From positions 600,001 to 632,000 of the forward strand of contig NC_000964.3 of assembly GCF_000009045.1 (NCBI RefSeq): 32,000 nucleotides of DNA. The letters run 5' to 3'. Source of the DNA: Bacillus subtilis subsp. subtilis str. 168 (lineage in GTDB: Bacteria; Bacillota; Bacilli; Bacillales; Bacillaceae). The notes beneath the pieces were generated by a model. The model was not told the origin of the DNA, did not search any database, and saw only the letters and a program-made list of their open reading frames with translations. Position 1 is the stretch's first letter. Each line of letters begins with the position of its first letter. The translations under genes were made by a program, and so were the position numbers. This document shows positions 8,249 to 16,671 of this stretch, piece after piece.

Positions 8249-8764
8249 TGCTTTTTCAGTTTTTGTCATAAACAGGTAGAGCCCGTAATCTGTCGGTGCG
8301 GATGCGTAGCCTGCCTGCCGCAGCATTGCTGTGATATTGCCGCGGTGGTATGTCCCGTGATTGACAACGTGGGGAAGCAGTTCGGAAACAGTTGTTTTCA
8401 TGATTCCGCTTGAGGGATTTTGAATCTGGAGTGGCTTATTGAGCTGTTCTTTTTGCTGTAAAAATAGTATATAGCGCTCGGATAACCTCAGAAAAAGGTC
8501 TTCCATTTCCTCTATTTCTTTAGCCTCTGTCTGTTCTTTAAGCTGTTCAGCTAAAGCCAACGCATCGCTCAAGGTTTTGCCGGAAAACACTTCAATCCAG
8601 CCGAGATCAGAAAGATAAACATGAGACAATACATGGGATATTGACGGAAACACGCTTTGAATTTCTTGATGGTATATCTCTTTTGGAAGCTCTTTTAATC
8701 GGTTGAATATTTGTTGATTGGCCCAGACGTTATATTCATACAATTTGAATGCAAAATCTGACAT
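8246..8764 (-). CDS. dinB: DinB-family (damage-inducible) protein
   Basis: Start set at MSDFAFKLYEYNVWANQQIFNRL with an upstream AGGGGG RBS; metal-site-type His residues (ISHVLSHVY, HVVNHGTYHRGNI). Confidence 0.9.
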   Translation of the reverse strand: MSDFAFKLYEYNVWANQQIFNRLKELPKEIYHQEIQSVFPSISHVLSHVYLSDLGWIEVFSGKTLSDALALAEQLKEQTEAKEIEEMEDLFLRLSERYILFLQQKEQLNKPLQIQNPSSGIMKTTVSELLPHVVNHGTYHRGNITAMLRQAGYASAPTDYGLYLFMTKTEKA

Positions 8765-8797
8765 GTTAAAATTCCCCCTTTCGTGTGTATAGCTTTC

Positions 8798-8819
8798 ATT
8801 ATACACGAACATGAGTTCT
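8798..8819 (-). promoter_or_regulatory. LexA (SOS) box and -10 element of dinB
   Basis: CGAACATGAGTTCT (8806-8819) matches CGAAC-N4-GTTCG at 9/10 arm positions; it abuts TATAAT (reverse strand, 8798-8803). Confidence 0.75.
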
Positions 8820-8857
8820 TATGTAGAGTGCTCGAAAATAAAATTTGTTGACATATA

Positions 8858-8913
8858 TAGTTTAGAGGAATAAACTAATTGACATTGAACATAAAGTTTA
8901 GCGGGGTAAACTA
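8858..8913 (+). promoter_or_regulatory. Tandem operator-like inverted repeats upstream of ydgG
   Basis: TAGTTTA-gaggaa-TAAACTA (8858-8877) and AAGTTTA-gcgggg-TAAACTA (8894-8913), both AGTTTA-N6-TAAACT, centres 36 bp apart. Confidence 0.6.
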
Positions 8914-8932
8914 TAATGAGGAGGGGAAGATA

Positions 8933-9391
8933 TTGAATGAACAAAAGCTATGTCAGGCGATAAACCTGTTTGTGGAAGTCCTGCTTGAAGGGACAGAATT
9001 TGTGCATCGTGAAATCAATCAGGATGTCTTCAAGCATATCTCAAGGGAACAGGCAGACCTGTTGAAAATTTTAAAAGTCAAGGGCCCAACCTCTCCCGGC
9101 AGCCTGGCCATGTACCAAAATGTACATAAGAGCGCGATCTCTAACAGACTGAAAAAGCTGCTCGAAAAGGGATTGGTTCAATGGGACGACTGTCCGGAAA
9201 AAAGTGATAGGCGCTCTAAGCTTATTAACATTACACCCAGTGGTGAACACATACTAGAAGAATTAGATTCTGCCATCTTTAACGCGCTCAAACCGTTGAT
9301 TGATGATATAGATGAGGAACACTTACATTCTATCATCGAGATATTCACCATTTTAAAAAGCAAATTTAAAGGAGGAGATTCTGCCGAATGA
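8933..9391 (+). CDS. ydgG: MarR-family transcriptional regulator
   Basis: Winged-HTH MarR fold motifs ('PGSLAMYQNVHKSAISNRLKKLLEKGLVQW...DRRSKLINITPSGE'). TTG start at 8933 after GAGGAGGGG preferred over the ATG at 8879, which lies inside the operator region. Confidence 0.87.
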   Translation: MNEQKLCQAINLFVEVLLEGTEFVHREINQDVFKHISREQADLLKILKVKGPTSPGSLAMYQNVHKSAISNRLKKLLEKGLVQWDDCPEKSDRRSKLINITPSGEHILEELDSAIFNALKPLIDDIDEEHLHSIIEIFTILKSKFKGGDSAE

Positions 9392-12045
9392 GAGCAATCA
9401 TCAAATTCAAGTGGGCAATTGCAGCCATAGTATTAGCACTTACCGTCGTTTTGAGTTTGTTTTCTCCGAACTTAACGGAGCTGGCCAATCAAAAGGGGCA
9501 GGCCCAGCTTCCCGCTGATGCTGTTTCAGAAAGGGCAAACGCCATTTTAAAACAAGCGGGAGAAGACAATAATTCGATCAGTGTAGTCTTTACATTAGAC
9601 AACGCTATAAAGAAAGAAACAGAGAATCAGCTCCGGATAATAATTGATAAAATCAAAAAGATCGACGGTGTAGAAGAGGTAACATCTCCTCTGTCAGCGG
9701 AAAAAGAAGTCAAAGACCAGTTGATGTCGAAAGACAAGAAAACCGTTCTCATGCCTGTCACGATTACAGGTTCTGATAAAAAGGCGGAAAAAATTGCGGA
9801 CGAGATTTATCAAATCGTTCCTGATGACTTGACGGCATATATTACGGGAGCTTCCCTTATCAACCAGGATTTCGCTCACAGCTCAGAGGAAGGGCTTAAG
9901 AAAACGGAAGTGATAACAGTCTGCCTGATCATCGGTTTACTGTTGATCGTGTTCCGATCTGTTGTGACGCCTTTTATCCCGATTGTGGTTGTCGGTTTTT
10001 CTTATCTGATCAGTCAATCTATACTGGGCATCCTTGTATACAATGTTGATTTTCCTATCTCGACGTTTACGCAAACCTTCTTAGTTGCGATCCTGTTCGG
10101 CATTGGAACAGATTACTGCATACTGCTTCTTACACGGTTCCGTGAAGAATTGGCAAACGGGCATGATAAAAAAGAAGCGGCGCTTATCGCTTACCGCACA
10201 GGGGGAAAAACCTTATTTATCAGCGGATTTGCGGTATTGATCGGATTTTCCGCCTTAGGATTTGCGAAGTTTGCGATTTTCCAATCCGCAGTAGGGGTAG
10301 CAGTCGGTGTGGGAATTTTAATGATCATCCTCTACACACTGCTGCCATTATTTATGGTGACGCTGGGTGAAAAATTATTCTGGCCTTCTAAGAAAGTGCT
10401 GTCACACAGTGATAACAAACTATGGGCGTTTCTCGGCAGACACTCCGTTGCGCGTCCGTTTCTGTTCATTGTCATCACGGTGGTGATTACGCTTCCGTTC
10501 ATCTTGACCTATGATGACCAGATTTCATTCGACTCAACTGCGGAAATCAGCAGCGATTATAAATCTATAAAAGCTCTCGAGGCCATTAAGGATGGATTCG
10601 GGGAAGGAAAAGCGTTCCCGATCAATGTTGTCGTAAAAGGAGACAAAGATCTTACAACAGCTGATACAATCCCCTATCTAGGAAATATCAGCAAAGCGAT
10701 CGAGAAAGTTGATCATGTTGACTCTGTTATGACCATTACGCAGCCGACTGGTAAAAAAATCAAAGATTTATATATTGATAACCAGCTAGGATCGGTTTCA
10801 GACGGGCTGGATAAGACGGTGAAAGGGATTGCCGATGTCCAAAGCGGATTAACGGATATAGAAAACGGACTGAATCAAATGGCAGGGCAAACCGGCTCGG
10901 CCTCAAATGGAGGGTCTGGCGGTTCACTGGGCGATGCGGCAGATGGCTTGGGCAAAATCAATCAGCAGCTGCAGCTCGTGAGCAAACAGATTTCCCAAAC
11001 CGGCAATACCGCACAGACCGTGCAGCAGCTTACGGCAATAAGCGGACAGCTTGGCCAGATTCAAACCGGCCTTGAACAAGCGAACCAACAGCTCTCAGGC
11101 CAGCAGGCACAAGCCGGAACGCTGACAGAAAGCCTGAAAAAGCTGTCCGAAGGCGTGAAAAGCGCAAATGAGGGCCTGACGAAAGTCTCTGACGGTATTA
11201 CAGCTTCCAGTGATATATTAGAGGACATGAGCAAAAGTCCAACTGTAAGAGATACTGGCATATTCATTCCTGATCAAGTAATGAAGGACAAAGACTTTAA
11301 GAAGTCAATTGACCAGTATTCCTTTGCAGACGGCAAAGGTGTTCAATTAAGTGTCGTTCTGGATTCAAATCCGTACTCAGAACAAGCTATTACGACAATA
11401 AACCAAATCAAAAAAGCTGTCGCAAACGAAGTTGACGGCACTCCTTTGGAGAATGCACAGATCGTGTACGGCGGGGTCACGAGTATGAATGCGGACTTAA
11501 AGGAGCTATCCACAACGGACTTCTCCAGAACAATGGTGATTATGATTATAGGCCTGTTTATCGTGTTAACCATTTTGTTCCGCTCAATGATCATGCCGAT
11601 TTATATGATCGCGTCATTGCTGCTGACGTACTATACGTCGATATCCATAACAGAATTAATTTTTGTAAACGGCTTAGGAAACGCGGGTGTCAGCTGGGCA
11701 GTGCCATTCTTCAGCTTTGTCATCTTGATCGCGTTAGGGGTAGATTATTCGATCTTCTTGCTGGATCGATTTAAGGAAGAGGTGCACCTTGGCATTGAGC
11801 AAGGTGTCGTCAGGTCAATGAGCAAAATGGGATCTGTCATTATTACAGCTGCCATTATATTGGCCGGTACGTTCGCGGCGATGATGCCTTCAGGTGTCAA
11901 TACACTGATGCAGGTGGCAAGTGTTATCATCATCGGGCTCTTGCTTTACGGCCTTGTCATACTTCCGCTCTTCATCCCGGCAATCATTGCGACCTTTGGA
12001 GAAGGAAACTGGTGGCCGTTCGGCAGGAAGAAAGGAAAAGAGTAA
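9388..12045 (+). CDS. ydgH: MMPL/RND-superfamily membrane transporter
   Basis: 885 aa, duplicated RND topology with two large extracellular loops, 'GIGTDYCILLLTRFREEL' and 'ALGVDYSIFLLDRFKEEV'; ATGA overlap with ydgG. Confidence 0.9.
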   Translation: MRAIIKFKWAIAAIVLALTVVLSLFSPNLTELANQKGQAQLPADAVSERANAILKQAGEDNNSISVVFTLDNAIKKETENQLRIIIDKIKKIDGVEEVTSPLSAEKEVKDQLMSKDKKTVLMPVTITGSDKKAEKIADEIYQIVPDDLTAYITGASLINQDFAHSSEEGLKKTEVITVCLIIGLLLIVFRSVVTPFIPIVVVGFSYLISQSILGILVYNVDFPISTFTQTFLVAILFGIGTDYCILLLTRFREELANGHDKKEAALIAYRTGGKTLFISGFAVLIGFSALGFAKFAIFQSAVGVAVGVGILMIILYTLLPLFMVTLGEKLFWPSKKVLSHSDNKLWAFLGRHSVARPFLFIVITVVITLPFILTYDDQISFDSTAEISSDYKSIKALEAIKDGFGEGKAFPINVVVKGDKDLTTADTIPYLGNISKAIEKVDHVDSVMTITQPTGKKIKDLYIDNQLGSVSDGLDKTVKGIADVQSGLTDIENGLNQMAGQTGSASNGGSGGSLGDAADGLGKINQQLQLVSKQISQTGNTAQTVQQLTAISGQLGQIQTGLEQANQQLSGQQAQAGTLTESLKKLSEGVKSANEGLTKVSDGITASSDILEDMSKSPTVRDTGIFIPDQVMKDKDFKKSIDQYSFADGKGVQLSVVLDSNPYSEQAITTINQIKKAVANEVDGTPLENAQIVYGGVTSMNADLKELSTTDFSRTMVIMIIGLFIVLTILFRSMIMPIYMIASLLLTYYTSISITELIFVNGLGNAGVSWAVPFFSFVILIALGVDYSIFLLDRFKEEVHLGIEQGVVRSMSKMGSVIITAAIILAGTFAAMMPSGVNTLMQVASVIIIGLLLYGLVILPLFIPAIIATFGEGNWWPFGRKKGKE

Positions 12046-12052
12046 TCGAGAG

Positions 12053-12082
12053 AAGAGTGATGAATGGTCATCACTCTTTTTT
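12053..12082 (+). terminator. Intrinsic terminator after ydgH
   Basis: AAGAGTGATGA-atgg-TCATCACTCTTTTTT. Confidence 0.85.
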
Positions 12083-12150
12083 CATGACTAAACGACTAAC
12101 TTCAGACGTGTTACCCAAAAAGATCAGACGATCAAACGGCGGCTGTACTT

Positions 12151-12191
12151 AAAAACAAAGAGCCCGGAAAACATTCCCGGGCTCTTTGTTT
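12151..12191. terminator. Intrinsic terminator at the ydgI 3' side
   Basis: AAAAACAAAGAGCCCGGaaaacattCCCGGGCTCTTTGTTTT. Confidence 0.85.
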
Positions 12192-12820
12192 TATTTCCAT
12201 TCTGCAATTGTATCAATCGGCAGACGGTAGGAAGCATAGCCTTCGTCTGCTGCTTTTCCGATAGAAAGTAGCATAACCGGTACATAACGTTCTTTATCTA
12301 ATCCGAAGGTTTCCGCGATGTTTTCTTTATCGTATCCGCCGATCGGGTTTGTATCGTAGCCATGCGCGCGTGCAGTCAGCATCAGCTGCATGGAAACAAG
12401 ACCTCCGTCAATCAGGATCGTTTCACGGTTGACCTGTGCCGGAAGCTTTTCAAAATGTGCGGTCAGCGCGGCGATTTGTCTGTCTTTGACCTCCTGCGGC
12501 ATGTAACCAAGTTCCACGGCTTTTGAATAGATTTCTTCTAGATAGTCTGCGTTGTTCATGTCTGCAAATACAGCGATGACAGCAGATGATGTTGTGACTT
12601 GTGTTTGGTTAAAGCTTGCAAGCGGTGCGAGCTTTTCTTTTCCTTCCGGGCTGTCAATGACAAGAAAACGCCATGGCTGCGCGTTAACAGAAGATGGGGC
12701 AGTTGTTGCTTCCTCTAAGATCTCTGTCATTTCTTCTTTGCTGATTTTTACTGCCGGATCATAGTTGCGGATAGAACGGCGGCCTTTCATAATTTCCATA
12801 AAATCGTTTGTTTTGATCAT
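12191..12820 (-). CDS. ydgI: Nitroreductase-family FMN oxidoreductase
   Basis: 209 aa, 'IMKGRRSIRNYDP...ATTAPSSVNAQPWRFLVI...PIGGYDKENIAETFGL'. Confidence 0.9.
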   Translation of the reverse strand: MIKTNDFMEIMKGRRSIRNYDPAVKISKEEMTEILEEATTAPSSVNAQPWRFLVIDSPEGKEKLAPLASFNQTQVTTSSAVIAVFADMNNADYLEEIYSKAVELGYMPQEVKDRQIAALTAHFEKLPAQVNRETILIDGGLVSMQLMLTARAHGYDTNPIGGYDKENIAETFGLDKERYVPVMLLSIGKAADEGYASYRLPIDTIAEWK

Positions 12821-12835
12821 GTTGATACACTCCTC

Positions 12836-13330
12836 TTAAGCTTCGATATTATTTATATTGTTTCGCATGCGCGCCAGCACATCAATGAGCAGGCGGCGTT
12901 CTTCTGCGCTTACATTTGCGAGCATTTCCTTCATGAAACGCTCCTTTTCCTTCTTAGAAGACTCAATTCGCTCTCTTCCTTGGTCTGTTAACCGAACAAG
13001 GGTGATGCGGTTGTCCTCAGGCTTGCGCCGCCTTGATACCATGCCTTTGGATTCCAGCTGTTTCAGGTGTCTGGTAACGGCTGCGCTATCGATATTTACT
13101 TTCTTTTGAAGGTCGCTTTGACTGATCTCATCTGCATGATAAAGCAATGTCAGCAATTCCAAACGAGATTGGCTGATGCCCGTGCATGCCTCGAACTTCA
13201 CGCCAATCACCTTGTTCACGCCTTGCAGCTGATATAAAATCTCGGCTTCCTCTGAACAAAATGACGCCAAAACCCATCCCTTCTTTCCTGTCAAAACTAT
13301 TAATTGATATATCAATGATTGACACGTCAA
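12836..13330 (-). CDS. ydgJ: MarR-family transcriptional regulator; true start probably the TTG near 13270
   Basis: 'ISQSRLELLTLLYHADEISQSDLQKKVNIDSAAVTRHLKQLESKGMVSRRRKPEDNRITLVRLTDQG'. The ORF-track start lies in an operator-like repeat, while GAAGGAtgggttTTG is a better initiation site. Confidence 0.87.
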   Translation of the reverse strand: MTCQSLIYQLIVLTGKKGWVLASFCSEEAEILYQLQGVNKVIGVKFEACTGISQSRLELLTLLYHADEISQSDLQKKVNIDSAAVTRHLKQLESKGMVSRRRKPEDNRITLVRLTDQGRERIESSKKEKERFMKEMLANVSAEERRLLIDVLARMRNNINNIEA

Positions 13331-13331
13331 T
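13303..13331 (-). promoter_or_regulatory. Tandem palindromic operator upstream of ydgJ-ydgI
   Basis: ATTGATATATCAAT (perfect palindrome, 13303-13316) and ATTGACACGTCAAT (near-perfect, 13318-13331), centres 15 bp apart. Confidence 0.6.
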
Positions 13332-13640
13332 TAATATACAACGATTGATTTCATCTTGCAAGCCATTTGCACTTTTGAACAACCTCCCAGCGCATAAAAT
13401 TCGCTAGGCTAGAACTTAGCAAAAAAAGCTGGCCGCTTCTTCAGATGATGCTGGTCACGATGATTCCCTGCATCATTCCCATTTATAGGTGTTCGGAATA
13501 TCACTTTGCCGGCCCGTGCTCAAGCGGCTTTCACAGGCTGAAAGTTATGATACAATATACAAATGTTTCACAGCTTCAATCCATAGTTGGAGCTGACATC
13601 CATTATATAAGGGACTAGGTTGAAGGGAAGGTTTGATAAC

Positions 13641-14849
13641 ATGCTGCACAATCCAACTGGAAAAGAACGCTTGGCACTAGCGTTTCTGCTCGGCATGCTT
13701 GCTATATTGGGCCCGCTTAATATAGATATGTATTTGCCAAGTTTTCCTGAAATCGCGAAAGATTTATCAGCAAGTGCTTCACTTGTTCAGTTAAGTTTAA
13801 CAGCCTGTCTGGTCGGGCTTACGATCGGCCAGCTGATTGTCGGGCCGGTCAGCGATGCGCAGGGAAGACGAAAACCGCTATTAATCTGTATTTTTTTATT
13901 TGCGTTATCTTCTCTGTTTTGTGCACTGTCGCCCAATATAACAACTTTAGTGGCTGCGCGTTTTTTACAAGGCTTCACTGCTTCTGCAGGGCTTGTGCTG
14001 TCTCGCGCAATCGTCCGCGATGTGTTTACCGGAAGAGAGCTTTCTAAATTTTTCTCGCTGTTAATGGTCATTACCGCGGTGGCGCCAATGGTTGCGCCTA
14101 TGACAGGCGGTGCCATTTTGCTTTTGCCGTTCGCAACGTGGCATACAATTTTTCACGTCTTAATGATCATCGGATTTTTACTAGTTCTTCTGATTGCATT
14201 GAGGTTAAAAGAAACGCTTCCGCTGGAAAAACGGATTCCAAGCTCAATCGGAACATCCGTCAAAACGATGGGCAGCCTGCTGAAGGATCGATCCTTTATG
14301 GGGTACGCGTTAACTGTCGGATTTATTCACGGGGGAAGCTTTGCATATGTGTCTGGTACGCCTTTTGTATACCAGGATATCTACGGGGTGTCTCCGCAGG
14401 TATTTAGTATTCTTTTTGGCATTAACGGGCTGGCGATTATATCGGGCAGCTTTATCATCGGACGCTTTGGCGGAATCATTCATGAAAAAAGCCTGCTTCG
14501 TATAGCGGTCATTACGGCTATGATTGCGACGGCTGTGCTATTAACCATGACCATGATTCACGGTCCTCTTGCTACATTAGTCATATCCATTTTCATTTAC
14601 ATGATTACGATCGGCATGGTTCTGACCAGCACGTTTACCCTAGCCATGGAAAAGCAGGGGCACCGCGCCGGAAGTGCAAGTGCGCTGCTTGGAATGCTTC
14701 CGCTGCTCCTCGGTTCAATCGTGTCACCGCTTGTAGGCATTAATGAGACAACAGCCGTTCCGATGGGAGCCATCATGTTTGTGACAGCTGTCATCGGCTC
14801 ACTGGCGTTTTTTGGATTAACGAAAGAACGAGTAGGGCAGAATTCATAA
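13641..14849 (+). CDS. ydgK: Bcr/CflA-type MFS drug exporter
   Basis: 402 aa from the ATG preceded by GAAGGGAAGG; 12 TM, 'GQLIVGPVSDAQGRRKPLL' motif A. Confidence 0.9.
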   Translation: MLHNPTGKERLALAFLLGMLAILGPLNIDMYLPSFPEIAKDLSASASLVQLSLTACLVGLTIGQLIVGPVSDAQGRRKPLLICIFLFALSSLFCALSPNITTLVAARFLQGFTASAGLVLSRAIVRDVFTGRELSKFFSLLMVITAVAPMVAPMTGGAILLLPFATWHTIFHVLMIIGFLLVLLIALRLKETLPLEKRIPSSIGTSVKTMGSLLKDRSFMGYALTVGFIHGGSFAYVSGTPFVYQDIYGVSPQVFSILFGINGLAIISGSFIIGRFGGIIHEKSLLRIAVITAMIATAVLLTMTMIHGPLATLVISIFIYMITIGMVLTSTFTLAMEKQGHRAGSASALLGMLPLLLGSIVSPLVGINETTAVPMGAIMFVTAVIGSLAFFGLTKERVGQNS

Positions 14850-14876
14850 AAAAACCTGACATGACGTCAGGTTTTT
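14848..14876. terminator. Bidirectional terminator between convergent ydgK and ydhB
   Basis: AAAAAACCTGACatgacGTCAGGTTTTTT. Confidence 0.85.
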
Positions 14877-14884
14877 TGTTTTAT

Positions 14885-15622
14885 TTAGAATAACAACAGC
14901 AGGCCTGCAATCGCCGGAGTCAAAAAGATGGCTGATTTCAAAACCACCTTTGGCATGAGGTTGGTGAATTTCGCGCCTACATAGGCCCCGCACATTGTCC
15001 CGACCAGAACTTTGACAAGTAAAACGTAATCAACAAAACCTTCTGTAATATATCCGATGCCTCCACCTACAGCCAGAGGGATGATCACAAGCATCGTCGT
15101 TCCGACAGAATGGCGAATGGACAGATTCAGCATAATCATTAAACCGATTTGAATAAAAGGTGCCGACCCGATGCCGAATGTGCCGGAAAGAACGCCGGCT
15201 GCAATTCCTAAGATGACCGCTCTCGTATACGTTGAAAGAGTGCTTTGATTCACTTGAGCCTTCTCTTTTAAAATAAATAATCTGATTAAAATGAGAATTG
15301 CTGATAAAAATAACATTCCAGCCGTCAAATAATGAAGCAAATCAGCCGGAATAAAAGAAGTCAGCTTGGCGCCGAAAAATGAGCCAACCGCAGCAAAGCC
15401 TCCGACTATTAAGCCGATTTTCATTTGAATGTTACCCTCGCGATAGTGGCTGTATGCCCCTGATAAGCTTGTAAAAGCCATGCCGGCAAGCGAAGTGCCT
15501 AAAGCCGTATGAATCGGGATATGGAAAAGAAGCGTTAAAAGGGCAATGACAAAGCCGGCTCCACCGGCGCCAATAAAGCCTAAAATAATTCCTAGAAGAA
15601 ACATAACAAGAATAATGAGCAT
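14885..15622 (-). CDS. ydhB: TauE/SafE-family (DUF81) sulfite/anion exporter-like membrane protein
   Basis: 245 aa, 'GFIGAGGAGFVIALLTLLFHIPIHTALGTSL' and the duplicated 'GTFGIGSAPFIQIGLMI...SVGTTM' motifs. Confidence 0.87.
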   Translation of the reverse strand: MLIILVMFLLGIILGFIGAGGAGFVIALLTLLFHIPIHTALGTSLAGMAFTSLSGAYSHYREGNIQMKIGLIVGGFAAVGSFFGAKLTSFIPADLLHYLTAGMLFLSAILILIRLFILKEKAQVNQSTLSTYTRAVILGIAAGVLSGTFGIGSAPFIQIGLMIMLNLSIRHSVGTTMLVIIPLAVGGGIGYITEGFVDYVLLVKVLVGTMCGAYVGAKFTNLMPKVVLKSAIFLTPAIAGLLLLF

Positions 15623-15870
15623 ATTTTTTCCTCCATTGAAAAGATGTAAAAATGTAATCGTGCGCTATTCTGGCGGAGGTATGGTGTCCTATTGACGAAG
15701 AAAAACACGCCGTTTTTTCAGTTGCCAGTAGTCCGTCGACCGTCGTTCAGCAAACATATCGTACCTCAAATTCAGGGATCTGACAAGGCAGTTTGTTGCT
15801 TCCCATTACCATCTGTTATATGATTTTGATGAAGAAAAGCCCTTGAATATATTCAAAAGAGGTATTATAT

Positions 15871-16545
15871 ATGGACGATTTTAAATTAGATAAGCCGACT
15901 CCCTACTACCTGCAATTTTATAACCAGCTAAAAAAAATGATCTTCAACGGGACTTTTAAGCCTGGGGAACGGATAAACGAAACACAGCTGGCGAAAAGCT
16001 TTGGCGTCAGCCGCTCTCCGATAAGGGAAGCCATGCGATTGCTTGAGAAAGATGGTTTGTTAAAAGCGGATGACCGAAATGGGTTTTCGATCACGTCGTT
16101 AACGGCAAAAGATGTAGATGAGATTTATAAAATCAGAATTCCGCTGGAGCAGCTGGCAGTCGAATTAGTCATAGACGAAGCGGACGAAGAAGAGCTGACC
16201 ATACTCGAAAAACAGCTTGAAGAAACAGAGAAAGCGATTCACAACGGCACGGAAGATACAGAAATCATTCGTTTAAACCAAAAATTTCATGAGCTGCTGG
16301 TTGATTTCAGCCATAACAGACATTTGAAAAATTTGCTTGAGCATGTAAATGACCTGATTCATTTTTGCAGAATCCTTAATTATACCGGCGACCACCGCGC
16401 AGAAACGATACTGCGTGAGCACCGCAGGATATTTGAAGAAGTGAAAAAGAAAAACAAAGAAGCAGCCAAACAACATGTGCTGGCTCATTTCAATCATGAC
16501 TGTGAGCATTTGAAGCATGTGCTTGAAGAAGGTAAAGAGAATTGA
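15871..16545 (+). CDS. ydhC: GntR-family (FCD subfamily) transcriptional regulator
   Basis: 224 aa, 'LKKMIFNGTFKPGERINETQLAKSFGVSRSPIREAMRLLEKDGLL' plus FCD-type C domain. Confidence 0.88.
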   Translation: MDDFKLDKPTPYYLQFYNQLKKMIFNGTFKPGERINETQLAKSFGVSRSPIREAMRLLEKDGLLKADDRNGFSITSLTAKDVDEIYKIRIPLEQLAVELVIDEADEEELTILEKQLEETEKAIHNGTEDTEIIRLNQKFHELLVDFSHNRHLKNLLEHVNDLIHFCRILNYTGDHRAETILREHRRIFEEVKKKNKEAAKQHVLAHFNHDCEHLKHVLEEGKEN

Positions 16546-16558
16546 TTTGTATGATCCG

Positions 16559-16592
16559 GTACCAAGGGAGAGCAGAACCCTTGGTATTTTTT
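16559..16592 (+). terminator. Intrinsic terminator after ydhC
   Basis: GGTACCAAGGGagagcagaacCCTTGGTATTTTTTT. Confidence 0.8.
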
Positions 16593-16671
16593 TATGTATT
16601 CACCACATATCTAAGAGGCCCCGTTAATAAGATTTTATGATGGTTTGACTAACGAATAATGGGGGTTAAAT

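Noticed and set aside
10780-11220. Gln/Gly/Ser-rich, repeat-looking stretch in ydgH
   Set aside because: Codes for the coiled-coil-like extracellular region typical of MMPL-type transporters; not a nucleotide tandem repeat or separate element.
9694-11933. Antisense ORFs inside ydgH
   Set aside because: No independent RBS or motifs; expected by chance opposite a 2.6-kb gene.
14138-14407. 89-aa ORF within ydgK
   Set aside because: Shadow frame of the MFS exporter.
16590-16671. Possible sigma-E promoter before ydhD
   Set aside because: CATATCTA-like -10 is weak and no clear -35 was identified; left uncalled.
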